From a virus (taxonomy: Duplodnaviria > Caudoviricetes), in the IMG/VR virus record IMGVR_UViG_3300046508_000105, positions 1 to 42,373 of that record: a DNA stretch of 42,373 nucleotides. One strand, written 5' to 3'. The notes beneath the pieces are model-generated. The model had not been told where the DNA came from and did no database searches. It saw only the letters and a program-made list of their open reading frames with translations. Numbering within the stretch: the stretch's first letter is position 1; each line of letters starts with the position of its first letter. Made by a program: the position numbers and the translations under genes. Shown here piece by piece: positions 18,146-27,620 of this stretch.

Positions 18146-18950
18146 AGCGAAAATATTCGACAAAAAAGTAAAAGCCCTGATGCAGGCTGCGCAGAAAGCG
18201 GAGGATACGGCTGTCGTCGATACCATCCGCCTGCTGGCCCAGGCCCGGACGGATGTCGCCGCTTCGGTCGCCGCGACGGATTGGCAGGCCTATCACCTGC
18301 CGCAGTTGCAGGCGTCCATAGACCGAGCCCTGCAGGCATTTGCCTGGCAATACGGCATGCAGATCAACGCCGCCCAGAGTCAATTCTGGAGCGACGGCGT
18401 GAATAAGGTCGACCTCCCGCTGCAGGCGGTCGGGATCACGGCTTTGATCCCCGCCATCGATACGGCCCTGCTGCTGTCTTTTCAAAATTATTCCCGGCAC
18501 CTGGTTCGGAGCCTGGGGCAGGAGGCGGCGGCCAAAATCTACAATGAAATGGCCCTGGGCATGATCGGGAAGAAAACGCCCTTTGAGGTCATGGAAGCGG
18601 TCGGGAAGAACCTCAAGGATCCGTCCGTCTTCAAAAGCATCGCCGTCCGTGCGGAGACCATTACCCGGCAGGAATGCGGCAGGGCATTGGAAGCGGCCTC
18701 GCAGGCGCGTCTGGAAAAAGCGGCGGAGGTTGTGCCGGGGATGAAAAAGCAATGGCTTTACGGCGCGGCCCATCGGATTCAGCCCAGAGTCACCCATATG
18801 ATCGCAGACGGCCAGATCCGCGACGCCGATCAGCCCTTCAACGTCGGCGGCGAGGCGCTGATGTATCCCCGCGGCGGGAGCGATCCCAGAAACAACATCA
18901 ACTGTCAATGTTATTCGGCGCCGTACATGGCCGAGTGGAATCAATCATAA
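18138..18950 (+). CDS. Head morphogenesis protein (Mu gpF / SPP1 gp7 family)
   Basis: RAETITRQE, KKQW, RVTH...DGQ...PF.VGG..LMYP...NINCQC. Confidence 0.88.
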   Translation: MDKAKIFDKKVKALMQAAQKAEDTAVVDTIRLLAQARTDVAASVAATDWQAYHLPQLQASIDRALQAFAWQYGMQINAAQSQFWSDGVNKVDLPLQAVGITALIPAIDTALLLSFQNYSRHLVRSLGQEAAAKIYNEMALGMIGKKTPFEVMEAVGKNLKDPSVFKSIAVRAETITRQECGRALEAASQARLEKAAEVVPGMKKQWLYGAAHRIQPRVTHMIADGQIRDADQPFNVGGEALMYPRGGSDPRNNINCQCYSAPYMAEWNQS

Positions 18951-18977
18951 CCCAATTAAGAGAAAGGAGAAATCGAG

Positions 18978-19238
18978 ATGGCAAAGAAGAAAACGGAAAA
19001 TGAAATCGGCGACAAGATTCTCGCCGCGGCGTTGAAAGCCTACGGGATTGACGAAAAGTTTGTCCTGGACAGCGCCTTCAACGAAGAGACCGGAGAGGTC
19101 GTGATCGTCACGAACGGCGGCAGTAAAATCCGCTTCAAAGAGGGAGACAAACCCCAGCCGCTGAGTGATATCGCCATTACGGGGATCAACCCGGCAGCGG
19201 CAAAGCGCAAGGTGATCGCCGGGAAGGCGAAGGAATAA
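18978..19238 (+). CDS. Hypothetical head-module protein
   Basis: AAGGAG RBS; VIVTNGGSK; lies between gpF and the capsid gene. Confidence 0.65.
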   Translation: MAKKKTENEIGDKILAAALKAYGIDEKFVLDSAFNEETGEVVIVTNGGSKIRFKEGDKPQPLSDIAITGINPAAAKRKVIAGKAKE

Positions 19239-19250
19239 CGGGAGGCAGCC

Positions 19251-21515
19251 ATGAAAAAAACGCTCTGGGACAAAATCACGTCCGCCCGGCCGAAACTTCT
19301 GACCGGTAATGAATTCGAGACCATAACGGACGACGAGGTCAAGAACCTGGTGGTCCGAATGGCTACAGAAGAAACAGCGCCGGAAGTGACGGATGGGGAT
19401 CTGAGCCTGATTATGCGCCTCGGCCAGGCCAAAAATCCCGAGGGCAGCGCCTGGGATGTCACAATCTGCGAGCCGGGATTCACCCTGAATAATTCCTATA
19501 TCCCCGACGAGCTGCTCCGCCAGTCGGCGCCCCTGTTCGAGGGCGTGGACGTCAATATGTACGAATTGCCGGAAGGCGCTTCCCATATTCCGGAGCCGCT
19601 CTTTGACCTGAAATCGCTGCTGATCCGCAACAAGGTCGGCTGGATCGACAACGTCCGGTATGTGGCCGGGAAAGGTCTCCAGGGCGTGCTGCACTTCCTG
19701 GATAGTGCAAAATCGCTGGGGCGTAACCTCATGGACGCTATGTCCCAGGGTGCGAAAGTTTACGGTTTGTCATGGGATTGCCTGATCCGCGGCACGAAAA
19801 CCGTCATCGAGGGCAGATCGACTTTGCGGATCGATGCATTCAAGGATGTCAATTCCGTCGATATCGTAACAAGGCCCGCCGCCGGCGGGAAATTCAACCG
19901 GGCTGTGGCAGGCATGCCGGCCCATCACAAGGAGGAAGCTTTGATGAAAGAAAGACTTTGGAAGATGATTCAAGAAAAGCGGCCGGCCCTCCTGACCGGG
20001 AAGGATCTGACAACGATTTCCGATCAGGATCTTGAGGGACTGGCCAGGATGGCAATGGAGCCGGAAAAGCCCGCCGATCTGACGGGACTGGCCTCGAAAG
20101 ACGATCTGGCCATTTTCCGCTGCGAAATGGCGCTCAGGGACGGCCTGGTCAAAAGCGACCTGCCGGATCTGGCGAAAGAGCGGATCAAAAAGACGTTCGA
20201 GGGCCGGGTGTTCCAGGCGGCGGATCTGGACAAAGCCATCGCCGACGAGAAAGATTATCTGGCAAAAATCAACCCGCAGCCCGACCCCGGATCGGGAGTC
20301 CCCGCATCGGGCATCCATTTCCAGGTCGGCCTGGGCGGTTATGACAGGGCCTGCATGGCCGTCGATCGCCTCTTCGGCATCTCGAAGGATCAGGCGATCG
20401 CGCTGGCGGGCATGGAGCGCCTCGATCACAAACCCGTTTTCGCGGATATCCGGAACGTGCAGGACTACAGCGATTTCGATAAGGTCCCGGCTTTCACCAG
20501 CCTCCGTGAAATGTACAGTTACTTCACGGGCGACCATGAGGTCGGTGGACGATTCAACCGGAAGAACCTGCCGGCGGAGCTCCGCAGCTCGATGGACATC
20601 AACAGCGGAACCTTCTCCTATGTTCTGGGGAATACCCTGGGCCGGCGTCTCGTAACCCTGTACGGCGAATACCGGTTCCAGGAGGAACTCCTCATTTCTG
20701 TCCGGAAACCCGTCAAGGACTTCCGCCAGCAGGAAGCGGTTCTGGTCGGAGGGTTTTCCGATCTGTCCACGGTCGATCCCGAAGCAATGGATTATCAGGA
20801 AATCGGCGGGGTGACCGACGAAGAGTCCACCTATTCACTCGGACAGAGGGGGAATATCCTGACGATCACCCGCAAGACGATCATCAATGACGATATCTCC
20901 ATTATCCAGCGGCTCGTCAACGGCCTGTCCCGTGCGGCACGGCGGACCCATGCCAAGTATGTCTGGAATTTCTTCATGGATAACGGCACCTGTTCGGATG
21001 CGACGGCATGGTTCACGAATGGCCACGGGAATCTCGGTTCCACCGCGCTCGGCTTCGCGGTCGCACTGGCAGCCTATATCGCCCTGGGCAAGATGACGGA
21101 GAAAGACAGCGGCGAGCGTCTGGGGCTTCTGGCCGACCCGTCGGTGAAGCCGAACCTGGTGGGTCCCATAGATCTGGTGGCCACCCTTGAGGGGATCGCC
21201 AACGACGAGTTTTATTTCACCGCCAACGACCTGACCACGAAGATCAGGAATGCACTGGCGGGGAAAGTCAACGCGGTCATCAATCCCCTTTTAACGGATG
21301 CCACGGATTGGGGGCTGATTCTGCCGCCCACCGTCGCGGATATCGTGGAAATGGGATACCTGAACGGCCGCGAGGAGCCGGAGCTGTTCCTGGCCGATTC
21401 TCCGCAGGCGGAACAGGTGTTTATCGCCGATAAGACCCGGTACAAGATCCGCCATGAATATGCAGGCGCGGTGATCGATTACCGGACCGGGTACAAAGCG
21501 GTTGTGGCGGGATAA
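19251..21515 (+). CDS. Prohead protease-scaffold-major capsid protein fusion (Mu gpT-like C-terminal capsid domain)
   Basis: Protease motifs GLSWD and SVDIVTRPAAGG; capsid motifs TITRKTIINDD, YLNGREEPELF, YKIRHEYAGAVIDYR. Internal AGGAGG + in-frame ATG at 19944. Confidence 0.9.
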   Translation: MKKTLWDKITSARPKLLTGNEFETITDDEVKNLVVRMATEETAPEVTDGDLSLIMRLGQAKNPEGSAWDVTICEPGFTLNNSYIPDELLRQSAPLFEGVDVNMYELPEGASHIPEPLFDLKSLLIRNKVGWIDNVRYVAGKGLQGVLHFLDSAKSLGRNLMDAMSQGAKVYGLSWDCLIRGTKTVIEGRSTLRIDAFKDVNSVDIVTRPAAGGKFNRAVAGMPAHHKEEALMKERLWKMIQEKRPALLTGKDLTTISDQDLEGLARMAMEPEKPADLTGLASKDDLAIFRCEMALRDGLVKSDLPDLAKERIKKTFEGRVFQAADLDKAIADEKDYLAKINPQPDPGSGVPASGIHFQVGLGGYDRACMAVDRLFGISKDQAIALAGMERLDHKPVFADIRNVQDYSDFDKVPAFTSLREMYSYFTGDHEVGGRFNRKNLPAELRSSMDINSGTFSYVLGNTLGRRLVTLYGEYRFQEELLISVRKPVKDFRQQEAVLVGGFSDLSTVDPEAMDYQEIGGVTDEESTYSLGQRGNILTITRKTIINDDISIIQRLVNGLSRAARRTHAKYVWNFFMDNGTCSDATAWFTNGHGNLGSTALGFAVALAAYIALGKMTEKDSGERLGLLADPSVKPNLVGPIDLVATLEGIANDEFYFTANDLTTKIRNALAGKVNAVINPLLTDATDWGLILPPTVADIVEMGYLNGREEPELFLADSPQAEQVFIADKTRYKIRHEYAGAVIDYRTGYKAVVAG

Positions 21516-21607
21516 AAAGGTAAAGAGCGGGGCCGGGCGGCACGATGGCCGATCCGCGGCCCCACCCCAGGTATAAAACGATAAAATGATTCAAGGAGGA
21601 AAGACCT

Positions 21608-22084
21608 ATGAAAAGAACAAGAAATATCGGGATCGCGACGATGTTGATTCTGATGATGATCATGTTTTCCGTCACATCCGCTTTCGGAGCGGCGGCATGG
21701 AAACAGAAAACTACGCGATTCGCGGCAACGGCCGGGGAACTTTTGGCCACAGGCGATGTAGTCGCCATCAAAGGTTCCGACGGCAAGGCCTATAAAGCGA
21801 TGGCGGATCAATCGACACTCCGTCCCGCTGTCGGTGCCATTGGCAAAGGCGGCGCTGCGGCGTCAACGGTGGAAATTGTTGTTGAAGGAATTATCACCGG
21901 CATGACGGCGTTAAGCCCCGGTGCGCGCATATTCCTCGCGAACAGCCCGGGCGGGTTGACGGCGACGGCGCCGACAAACAATCAGGTTATCGGCTGGGTG
22001 CTTCCGGGCGCGGCAAGCGCAGCGACATCGACGACCTATTATGTCAAGCCGATACCACCGAACAGCACAGGAGCAGCATATTAA
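21608..22084 (+). CDS. Capsid decoration/cement-like protein (DUF2190-like) with Sec signal peptide
   Basis: AGGAGG RBS; MKRTR + hydrophobic core + AFG cleavage; mature part AGELLATGDVV...PGARIFL...GGLTATAP..QVIG. Immediately follows the capsid gene. Confidence 0.75.
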   Translation: MKRTRNIGIATMLILMMIMFSVTSAFGAAAWKQKTTRFAATAGELLATGDVVAIKGSDGKAYKAMADQSTLRPAVGAIGKGGAAASTVEIVVEGIITGMTALSPGARIFLANSPGGLTATAPTNNQVIGWVLPGAASAATSTTYYVKPIPPNSTGAAY

Positions 22085-22108
22085 GGCAACCTGAAGCGTG
22101 AAGGCAAA

Positions 22109-23209
22109 ATGACAAGAGTTTCTCAATGGATATTACTGGCGGCGATCCCCGGGCTGATGCTTTGTATTATGCCCATCCCGGGGTTCGAGTTCCGCCTGTC
22201 CTGGCAGCTCGCGGCCATCTGGCTGGGAGGGCTGGCGTTTGCCTCCCTCCTGGCCAGCCCCTGGCATGCCGCGTTCTGGCTGATCTGCCTGGTCGTGCAA
22301 ACCCGATATCTGCCGCCTGCCTATGACGCCTACATGGGACTGGTGATGATCGCTATTTTCCTGGCTGCTGCAGAGGGATTCAGCCGGATCGAGAAACGCT
22401 GGATATTGATTTTTATACGTCTGGCGGCGCTCGCTCTGCTCTGTTGGATCTGCCTGCAGGAAACAGGAATTACGGCCACATGGTTCGCCCCCCGCAATGC
22501 GGGGCCTTTCAATCCCGATACGGGGGGGATCTTCCTGGCCATGTGCCTGCCGGCGTTTCTGTCCGGATGGTGGATGCTCATGGTCCCGGTGATCCTCTGG
22601 GGGATCGTGGTGGCAAAGACGACGACGGGCATGCTCGCCGCCCTGGCCGCGGTGCTGGTTTATCTGTTCATGACCGTAAACAACCGCCTGGTTTTTCTGA
22701 CGTCCTGCGGCGTGGCCGGGTTTGCCGCCGCGGCCTGGTTCTGGAAGGTCAAAGCCCTGGGCGCCCTAATGAACGACGTCCGCTGGGTTGCCTGGAAACA
22801 CGCCTTCTGGTCGCTCCGATCGGAGTCGTTCGGCCGCGGCATCGAGAGCTGGCCGACTATCTTCCCGCTCCTGGCCTCCGGGGATCCGGCTGCCGGAAAG
22901 GTTGCCGATATCGGCGGGACGTTGATCGGTGAAAACATTTTCATGCACGCCCACAATGAATATGTGCGGATTATGTTTGAAATCGGTCTGCCCGGTCTCG
23001 TCCTAATTGCGGCATTTTTAATTTCTGTCGCCGTTTGTATTTGGCGAAGTTCGGTTTCCCCCGAGATTTCCGCCGGCGTTTCCGCCCTGGCGGTGGGGTG
23101 TTTCGGATTTGATAACCTGCATATCGCGCCGACGGCGCTCCTGGGAGTCGCCTGGCTGGGGATGTGGACCCGGGAAACTGCCGGGCAAAGCGAAGGGAGG
23201 GCAAAATGA
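22109..23209 (+). CDS. O-antigen ligase / O-oligosaccharyltransferase-like (Wzy_C/WaaL/PglL) polytopic membrane protein
   Basis: Roughly ten hydrophobic segments; GPFNPD, R...W......FGRG, and the signature HAHNEYVRIMFEIGLPGL. Confidence 0.85.
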   Translation: MTRVSQWILLAAIPGLMLCIMPIPGFEFRLSWQLAAIWLGGLAFASLLASPWHAAFWLICLVVQTRYLPPAYDAYMGLVMIAIFLAAAEGFSRIEKRWILIFIRLAALALLCWICLQETGITATWFAPRNAGPFNPDTGGIFLAMCLPAFLSGWWMLMVPVILWGIVVAKTTTGMLAALAAVLVYLFMTVNNRLVFLTSCGVAGFAAAAWFWKVKALGALMNDVRWVAWKHAFWSLRSESFGRGIESWPTIFPLLASGDPAAGKVADIGGTLIGENIFMHAHNEYVRIMFEIGLPGLVLIAAFLISVAVCIWRSSVSPEISAGVSALAVGCFGFDNLHIAPTALLGVAWLGMWTRETAGQSEGRAK

Positions 23210-23673
23210 AGCGTTTAAAGGGCATTTCTGGATTATTCGGCCATAGAGGCGTCCCAGGGCGGGCTCGCGCCGCACGATTGATCCTGTGTTGTTTCCTGGC
23301 CGTTATTTTCATCATGGCGATCGCGCCGGGCGCCGGACGCGCTCAGGACCATAAAACCAGGGTTGTCGGCTTCCTTTCCAGCGGAATCTACACCGCCGCC
23401 ACGGGTTATTCGACGGCTTTCGACGTCTCCGCCTACGCCGAAGGGCAGCTCTTCATCAATGTGACTGTCGAAGAGGCCACCTCGACGCTGGACGTGACGG
23501 TCCAGGTCTCTCCGGACAATATCAACTGGTACACCCACACGGCGGTCTCCCAGATCACGGCTACCGGTCAATACCGGCAGGCGATCACGAATTTCGGGAA
23601 TTACCTGCGGATCAAGTATGTGGTCGGCGGAACGTCATTCACCTACAGTATCACGGGGGTTTTCAAAAACTGA
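23206..23673 (+). CDS. Exported beta-sandwich protein resembling jelly-roll capsid cement proteins, with signal peptide
   Basis: Basic N-region, LILCCFLAVIFIMAIA core, GRA|QD cleavage; mature STAFDVS..LFINVT...TLDVTVQVSPD..W...NFGNYLRIKY. Overlaps both neighbours (ATGA, TGATG). Confidence 0.65.
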   Translation: MKRLKGISGLFGHRGVPGRARAARLILCCFLAVIFIMAIAPGAGRAQDHKTRVVGFLSSGIYTAATGYSTAFDVSAYAEGQLFINVTVEEATSTLDVTVQVSPDNINWYTHTAVSQITATGQYRQAITNFGNYLRIKYVVGGTSFTYSITGVFKN

Positions 23674-24365
23674 TGAGAACACGGCAGGATTACATCACGG
23701 CGATCGGGAACCTGGTCGGGGGAGAGTTGCCCCTGGGCGAGGCGGAGAAGATCTTCGCCATCAACAAGGCCGTCAAGACCTATTCCGGATACAAGCCCCG
23801 GATCGTGATCGAGGATGAAGCGGGCGACGGCGGCTTTGATTATGCCCTGACGCTGCTGTTGGACTGGATTGACGGGTTTTCCGCCATTAAAACGGTCGAA
23901 TATCCCGTGGACGATACGGTCTCTGAAGCGCAGATCCTGGATTCCGACGAGTGGGCAATTTATGAGAAACCGGCCGGAAAATACCTGAGATTTCTTACGG
24001 AGGAACCCCTGGCCACGGAATCCATGCGCATCGACTATACATCGCTGCAAACCTGCACCGACGAGTCCTGCACCATTCCCGCGATCGACGAGGAAGCCGT
24101 GCAGATGCTGGCCGCATCCGTCTTTTGCGACATGCTGGCCACCTATTACGCCCAGACGCAGGACAGCACCATCCAGGCGGACAGTGTGGACCACAAAAGC
24201 AAGGCGTCCGAATATGCGGCGAAGGCCAGGGTATACCGCGCAAATTATTACAGCCATATCGGCCTGAAAGAAGGCGACGTTCTTCCCGCCGGCGCCACAA
24301 AGGGGCAGAAATCAACGGGGAGCTGGGGAACGGAAAAGGCGACCCACGGCCGGAGGATCCGATAA
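23673..24365 (+). CDS. Head-tail adaptor protein
   Basis: Position after the head genes; AINKAVKTYS...EAVQMLAAS helical pattern typical of adaptors. Confidence 0.65.
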   Translation: MRTRQDYITAIGNLVGGELPLGEAEKIFAINKAVKTYSGYKPRIVIEDEAGDGGFDYALTLLLDWIDGFSAIKTVEYPVDDTVSEAQILDSDEWAIYEKPAGKYLRFLTEEPLATESMRIDYTSLQTCTDESCTIPAIDEEAVQMLAASVFCDMLATYYAQTQDSTIQADSVDHKSKASEYAAKARVYRANYYSHIGLKEGDVLPAGATKGQKSTGSWGTEKATHGRRIR

Positions 24366-24853
24366 TGGAACTCAAGGTATCTTTCGACCTCAAACCCTTT
24401 GAACGCCTGATGCAGAAATATCCGGAGGCGGCCCGTGCGGCGAAGATCTCCAGAATCACCGAGTCCCTGCTGCTGCTGGAAGCGGAGATCAAAAAGGAAA
24501 CGCCGATGGGCGCAGGCCCCGTCCATCTGCGGGATACGATTTTTCACCAGGTCAATACAGGGGAGCCGGTCTGGGGCATGGTCTCCACCCCGGCAAAATA
24601 CGGGGAGCCAGTGGAGTTGGGGACGAGACCCCACTTCCCGCCGGTGGCGCCGATTCAGTACTGGGTGGAAAAGCAGCTGGGCTTATCCGGCAAAGAGGCG
24701 AAATCCGTCGCTTTCCTGATCGCCAGGGCGATCTCGAAGCGGGGCACGAAACCCCGGAAGATGTTCACCAATACCCTGGAAAAGAAACGGGCGCAAGTGC
24801 TCGGCATTCTGGGGCAGATCCCGGCGGATATCGTCAAGGCGGTGGGTGCATGA
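24365..24853 (+). CDS. Neck/tail completion protein (HK97 gp10-like)
   Basis: KKETPMG..HLRDTI...YGEPVELGTRPHFPP...RGTKPRKMF. Confidence 0.8.
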   Translation: MELKVSFDLKPFERLMQKYPEAARAAKISRITESLLLLEAEIKKETPMGAGPVHLRDTIFHQVNTGEPVWGMVSTPAKYGEPVELGTRPHFPPVAPIQYWVEKQLGLSGKEAKSVAFLIARAISKRGTKPRKMFTNTLEKKRAQVLGILGQIPADIVKAVGA

Positions 24854-25329
24854 GCCTTCCCGCGATCCGTGAACAGATCAAGACGATTCTATCCGGCGTG
24901 CCCGGGATCGGCGTCGTTTTCGATTATAACCGCCTGGCGGTGGACTACGGGAAAATGCTGGCGCTGTTCAAGGATACCGACGGGAGGATCAATACCGTCA
25001 TGTTCGCGCGGGAAAAGATGGCCAAGCGGATCACGACGATCGGCGGGGCTCCGCAGGAGAAGGCGCACATCTTTCTGATCCGGGCGATCATGGGGCTCCG
25101 GGACGACCAGGCGACGGGGATCCTCTTCGACGATCAGCTCACAGCCATCGAGGAGAATTTCGAGGAGCACATAGACCTGAATGGGTCGTGCCTGACCACC
25201 ATCCCGGACTGGGGACCGATGTCCGGCCTGGCGGGAGTGCAGATCGACTTGAGCGAGGAACGGATGTTCGGAAACGTTCTATGCCACTACGCGGAGCTGC
25301 GTCTCTGCGCGCTCGAATATGAATCATGA
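24850..25329 (+). CDS. Tail terminator-like protein
   Basis: IREQIKTILSGVPGIGVV...FGNVLCHYAELRL; precedes the tail tube. Confidence 0.65.
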   Translation: MSLPAIREQIKTILSGVPGIGVVFDYNRLAVDYGKMLALFKDTDGRINTVMFAREKMAKRITTIGGAPQEKAHIFLIRAIMGLRDDQATGILFDDQLTAIEENFEEHIDLNGSCLTTIPDWGPMSGLAGVQIDLSEERMFGNVLCHYAELRLCALEYES

Positions 25330-25390
25330 CGGATAAAAGTGAAAAGAAAACCAAAATGCATCGATTGAAGAGAAAAGGAGGTAGCATATC

Positions 25391-26890
25391 ATGAGGAATT
25401 ATCTGGCCGATTACGACCTGGTGGCCGTCTCGGCAAATGCGAAGGAAACGGCGCTCAACACGGAACAGACACTGGACACATCGCTGCTCGTGTCCAAGAG
25501 CAACCTCCCCGCCCTGGAGCCCCGCCGGGAGGACAACAAGGACGAGCTGACCGGCAAGGAAGAGGCCGATACCGTTTACGACCTGGGGGCGCTGGCTTCC
25601 ATGTCGATGGATTTCGAGAAGGCGCAGGCCCAGCATTTTGGCTTCGGCCTCGCCTATGCCCTGGGCGACCGGGACGCCGACGCCTGGGGGACCGGCTATA
25701 AGCACGCCTTCACGCCCACGGCGGATATGTTCCTGCCCTCATTTACCCTGGGCGCGCGGATGGGACAGACCATCATGAAGCGCCTCTTCGCCTCCATGCA
25801 CGTGGACCAGCTTACGGCGACCTTTGCCAAGGATTCCTGGGCAAAACTCGTCCTGGCGCTGAAAGGGACGGGAAAATACACCGACAACATGGAAACCGAA
25901 TTGAAGACCGCGGCTTTCAACACCGCGTCGTTGACGCTGGCCGCCAACGGCGTCCAGGGCGGCGACGCCGATACCCGGCTGGACAACGTCCACCAGGTCC
26001 GCGTCATCGTTCCGAGTACCGGCGAATACAAGGACGTCGCGGTGACGGTGGTTTCCGGGGCGACGCCCGCCATCCTCACCATCACTCCACCCACCACGGC
26101 AGTCGCCATCGCGGGTCTCTCCAAAGCCTTGGTTTGCGTCGTGTCCTGGATAGGCCACGGCCTGGCGGACGACGACGAGGTGACCATCGCCGGAATCACG
26201 CAGGCGGAATGGTCTGCACTGAATGCCACGCACGTCATTACCCGGATCGGCGACGATACGTTTTCCATTCCCATCGACACCTCGGCGTACACGGATGCCT
26301 ATGCTCCGTCAACGGATCCCGGAACCATCATCAACGCTTCCGACGCGGTATTCGAGATCCTCTACGTCCCCACCGAGGCGGCCTGGTGCACGTTCCCCGT
26401 GCGGGTTGTCGAGCCGCCGCTGCGGGTGACCGATCTGGTCCTGAACCTGGGCGGAAAGTGGGACGGTACCTCGTTCCTCGGCGGGCATGCCATGTCCAAC
26501 GAGATCGAGTCGGTCGAGTATGCGATCAATAACAACCTAAGCGTGGAATTCCGTGTAGGCGGCACGGGCAGTTATGCCAATTATGCGCTCCGCAACGGCC
26601 GGGTGCAGACGCTCAAACTGAACCGCCAGGCGCGGGATTTCATCCTCCAGCAGCGGATCAAGGACAACGAGTATTTCGGGGTTCGCCTGACGGCGACGGG
26701 CGCGGAGTTCGAGACCGGGAAGAATTACTACCTGGACATCGTCTTCCCGCGCTGCAACGTCCTTACCGCCCCGATTACCGTATCGGGGAAGGTATTGGCC
26801 GAGGCGGGCGATCTGGTCGTCCTCCAGGACGATACCTACGGGTCCGTCATCGTGGAAGTGGGAAACAAAGTCACCGCCTACGCGGCATAA
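25391..26890 (+). CDS. Major tail tube protein with inserted accessory beta domain(s)
   Basis: AAGGAGG RBS; GYKHAFTP..LPSFTL tube motif; central HGLADDDEVTIAG...LN...ITRIGDDTFSI insertion. Confidence 0.75.
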   Translation: MRNYLADYDLVAVSANAKETALNTEQTLDTSLLVSKSNLPALEPRREDNKDELTGKEEADTVYDLGALASMSMDFEKAQAQHFGFGLAYALGDRDADAWGTGYKHAFTPTADMFLPSFTLGARMGQTIMKRLFASMHVDQLTATFAKDSWAKLVLALKGTGKYTDNMETELKTAAFNTASLTLAANGVQGGDADTRLDNVHQVRVIVPSTGEYKDVAVTVVSGATPAILTITPPTTAVAIAGLSKALVCVVSWIGHGLADDDEVTIAGITQAEWSALNATHVITRIGDDTFSIPIDTSAYTDAYAPSTDPGTIINASDAVFEILYVPTEAAWCTFPVRVVEPPLRVTDLVLNLGGKWDGTSFLGGHAMSNEIESVEYAINNNLSVEFRVGGTGSYANYALRNGRVQTLKLNRQARDFILQQRIKDNEYFGVRLTATGAEFETGKNYYLDIVFPRCNVLTAPITVSGKVLAEAGDLVVLQDDTYGSVIVEVGNKVTAYAA

Positions 26891-26931
26891 GAACCGGGGG
26901 CAAGGCCCCGGCAGGAAAATAAAGGAGATTT

Positions 26932-27333
26932 ATGGAAGAACAGAAATATGAAATCGGCGGCGAAACTTATATCCAGCGGCCGTTGACCCTGGGTCAGATC
27001 AAGCAGCTGATCGCCCTGCTGAAAGGTTTCAACATCCCGATGAACTCCGGAGCCGCCGGCATGATCGACGCCCTGGGCGAAAAAGTGCCCATTGTCCTCG
27101 CCCTGCTCCTGGAGGAGGAGCCTTCTTTCTTCTCCCGGGTGAAGGCTTTGTTTCGGAAATTATCGGGTAAAAATGAGTTGACCGCCCGCGCCGGCAAGTT
27201 GGAAGGATCCATCACGCTGGACCAGACGCTGGAGATCATCGACCATTTTTTCGCACTGAACCCGATTGCTTCGCTCTTGAAGCGGTTGGAGAGCATGACG
27301 GCGCAAATCGGGGCCGCGATGACGACGAAGTAG
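26932..27333 (+). CDS. Tail assembly chaperone (gpG-like)
   Basis: Between tube and TMP; slippery T TTT TTC at 27246-27252. Confidence 0.8.
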   Translation: MEEQKYEIGGETYIQRPLTLGQIKQLIALLKGFNIPMNSGAAGMIDALGEKVPIVLALLLEEEPSFFSRVKALFRKLSGKNELTARAGKLEGSITLDQTLEIIDHFFALNPIASLLKRLESMTAQIGAAMTTK

Positions 27334-27620
27334 ATTATATCACCCATCTCTGCGTCCTCCTCGCGGGCGGAGATATCACCCGGCGCGACGCCATCCTCCG
27401 GGGCTATACCCGGAAGGAATGCGAGCCGTACCTGGAATACCGGATGCGGGAAGTCCTGTACCGGGAGGCGATCCTGGCACTGCTGGGCGTGGGGCAGGAC
27501 GGCGGCGGCGGGAAGTGCACCGCAAAAGAGATCGAGCACTGCAAAACCCAGTTCGGCGAGTATTTCGAATGGGCCTGCGCACACTGTGAAAAAAAGTTGA
27601 AAGCGACGAAACATGCCTGA
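26932..27620 (+). CDS. Tail assembly chaperone, -1 frameshift product (gpGT-like)
   Basis: The -1 frame is open from 27252 to TGA 27618-27620 (...DYITHLCVLLAGGDITRRDAI...), overlapping the TMP start. Confidence 0.75.
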
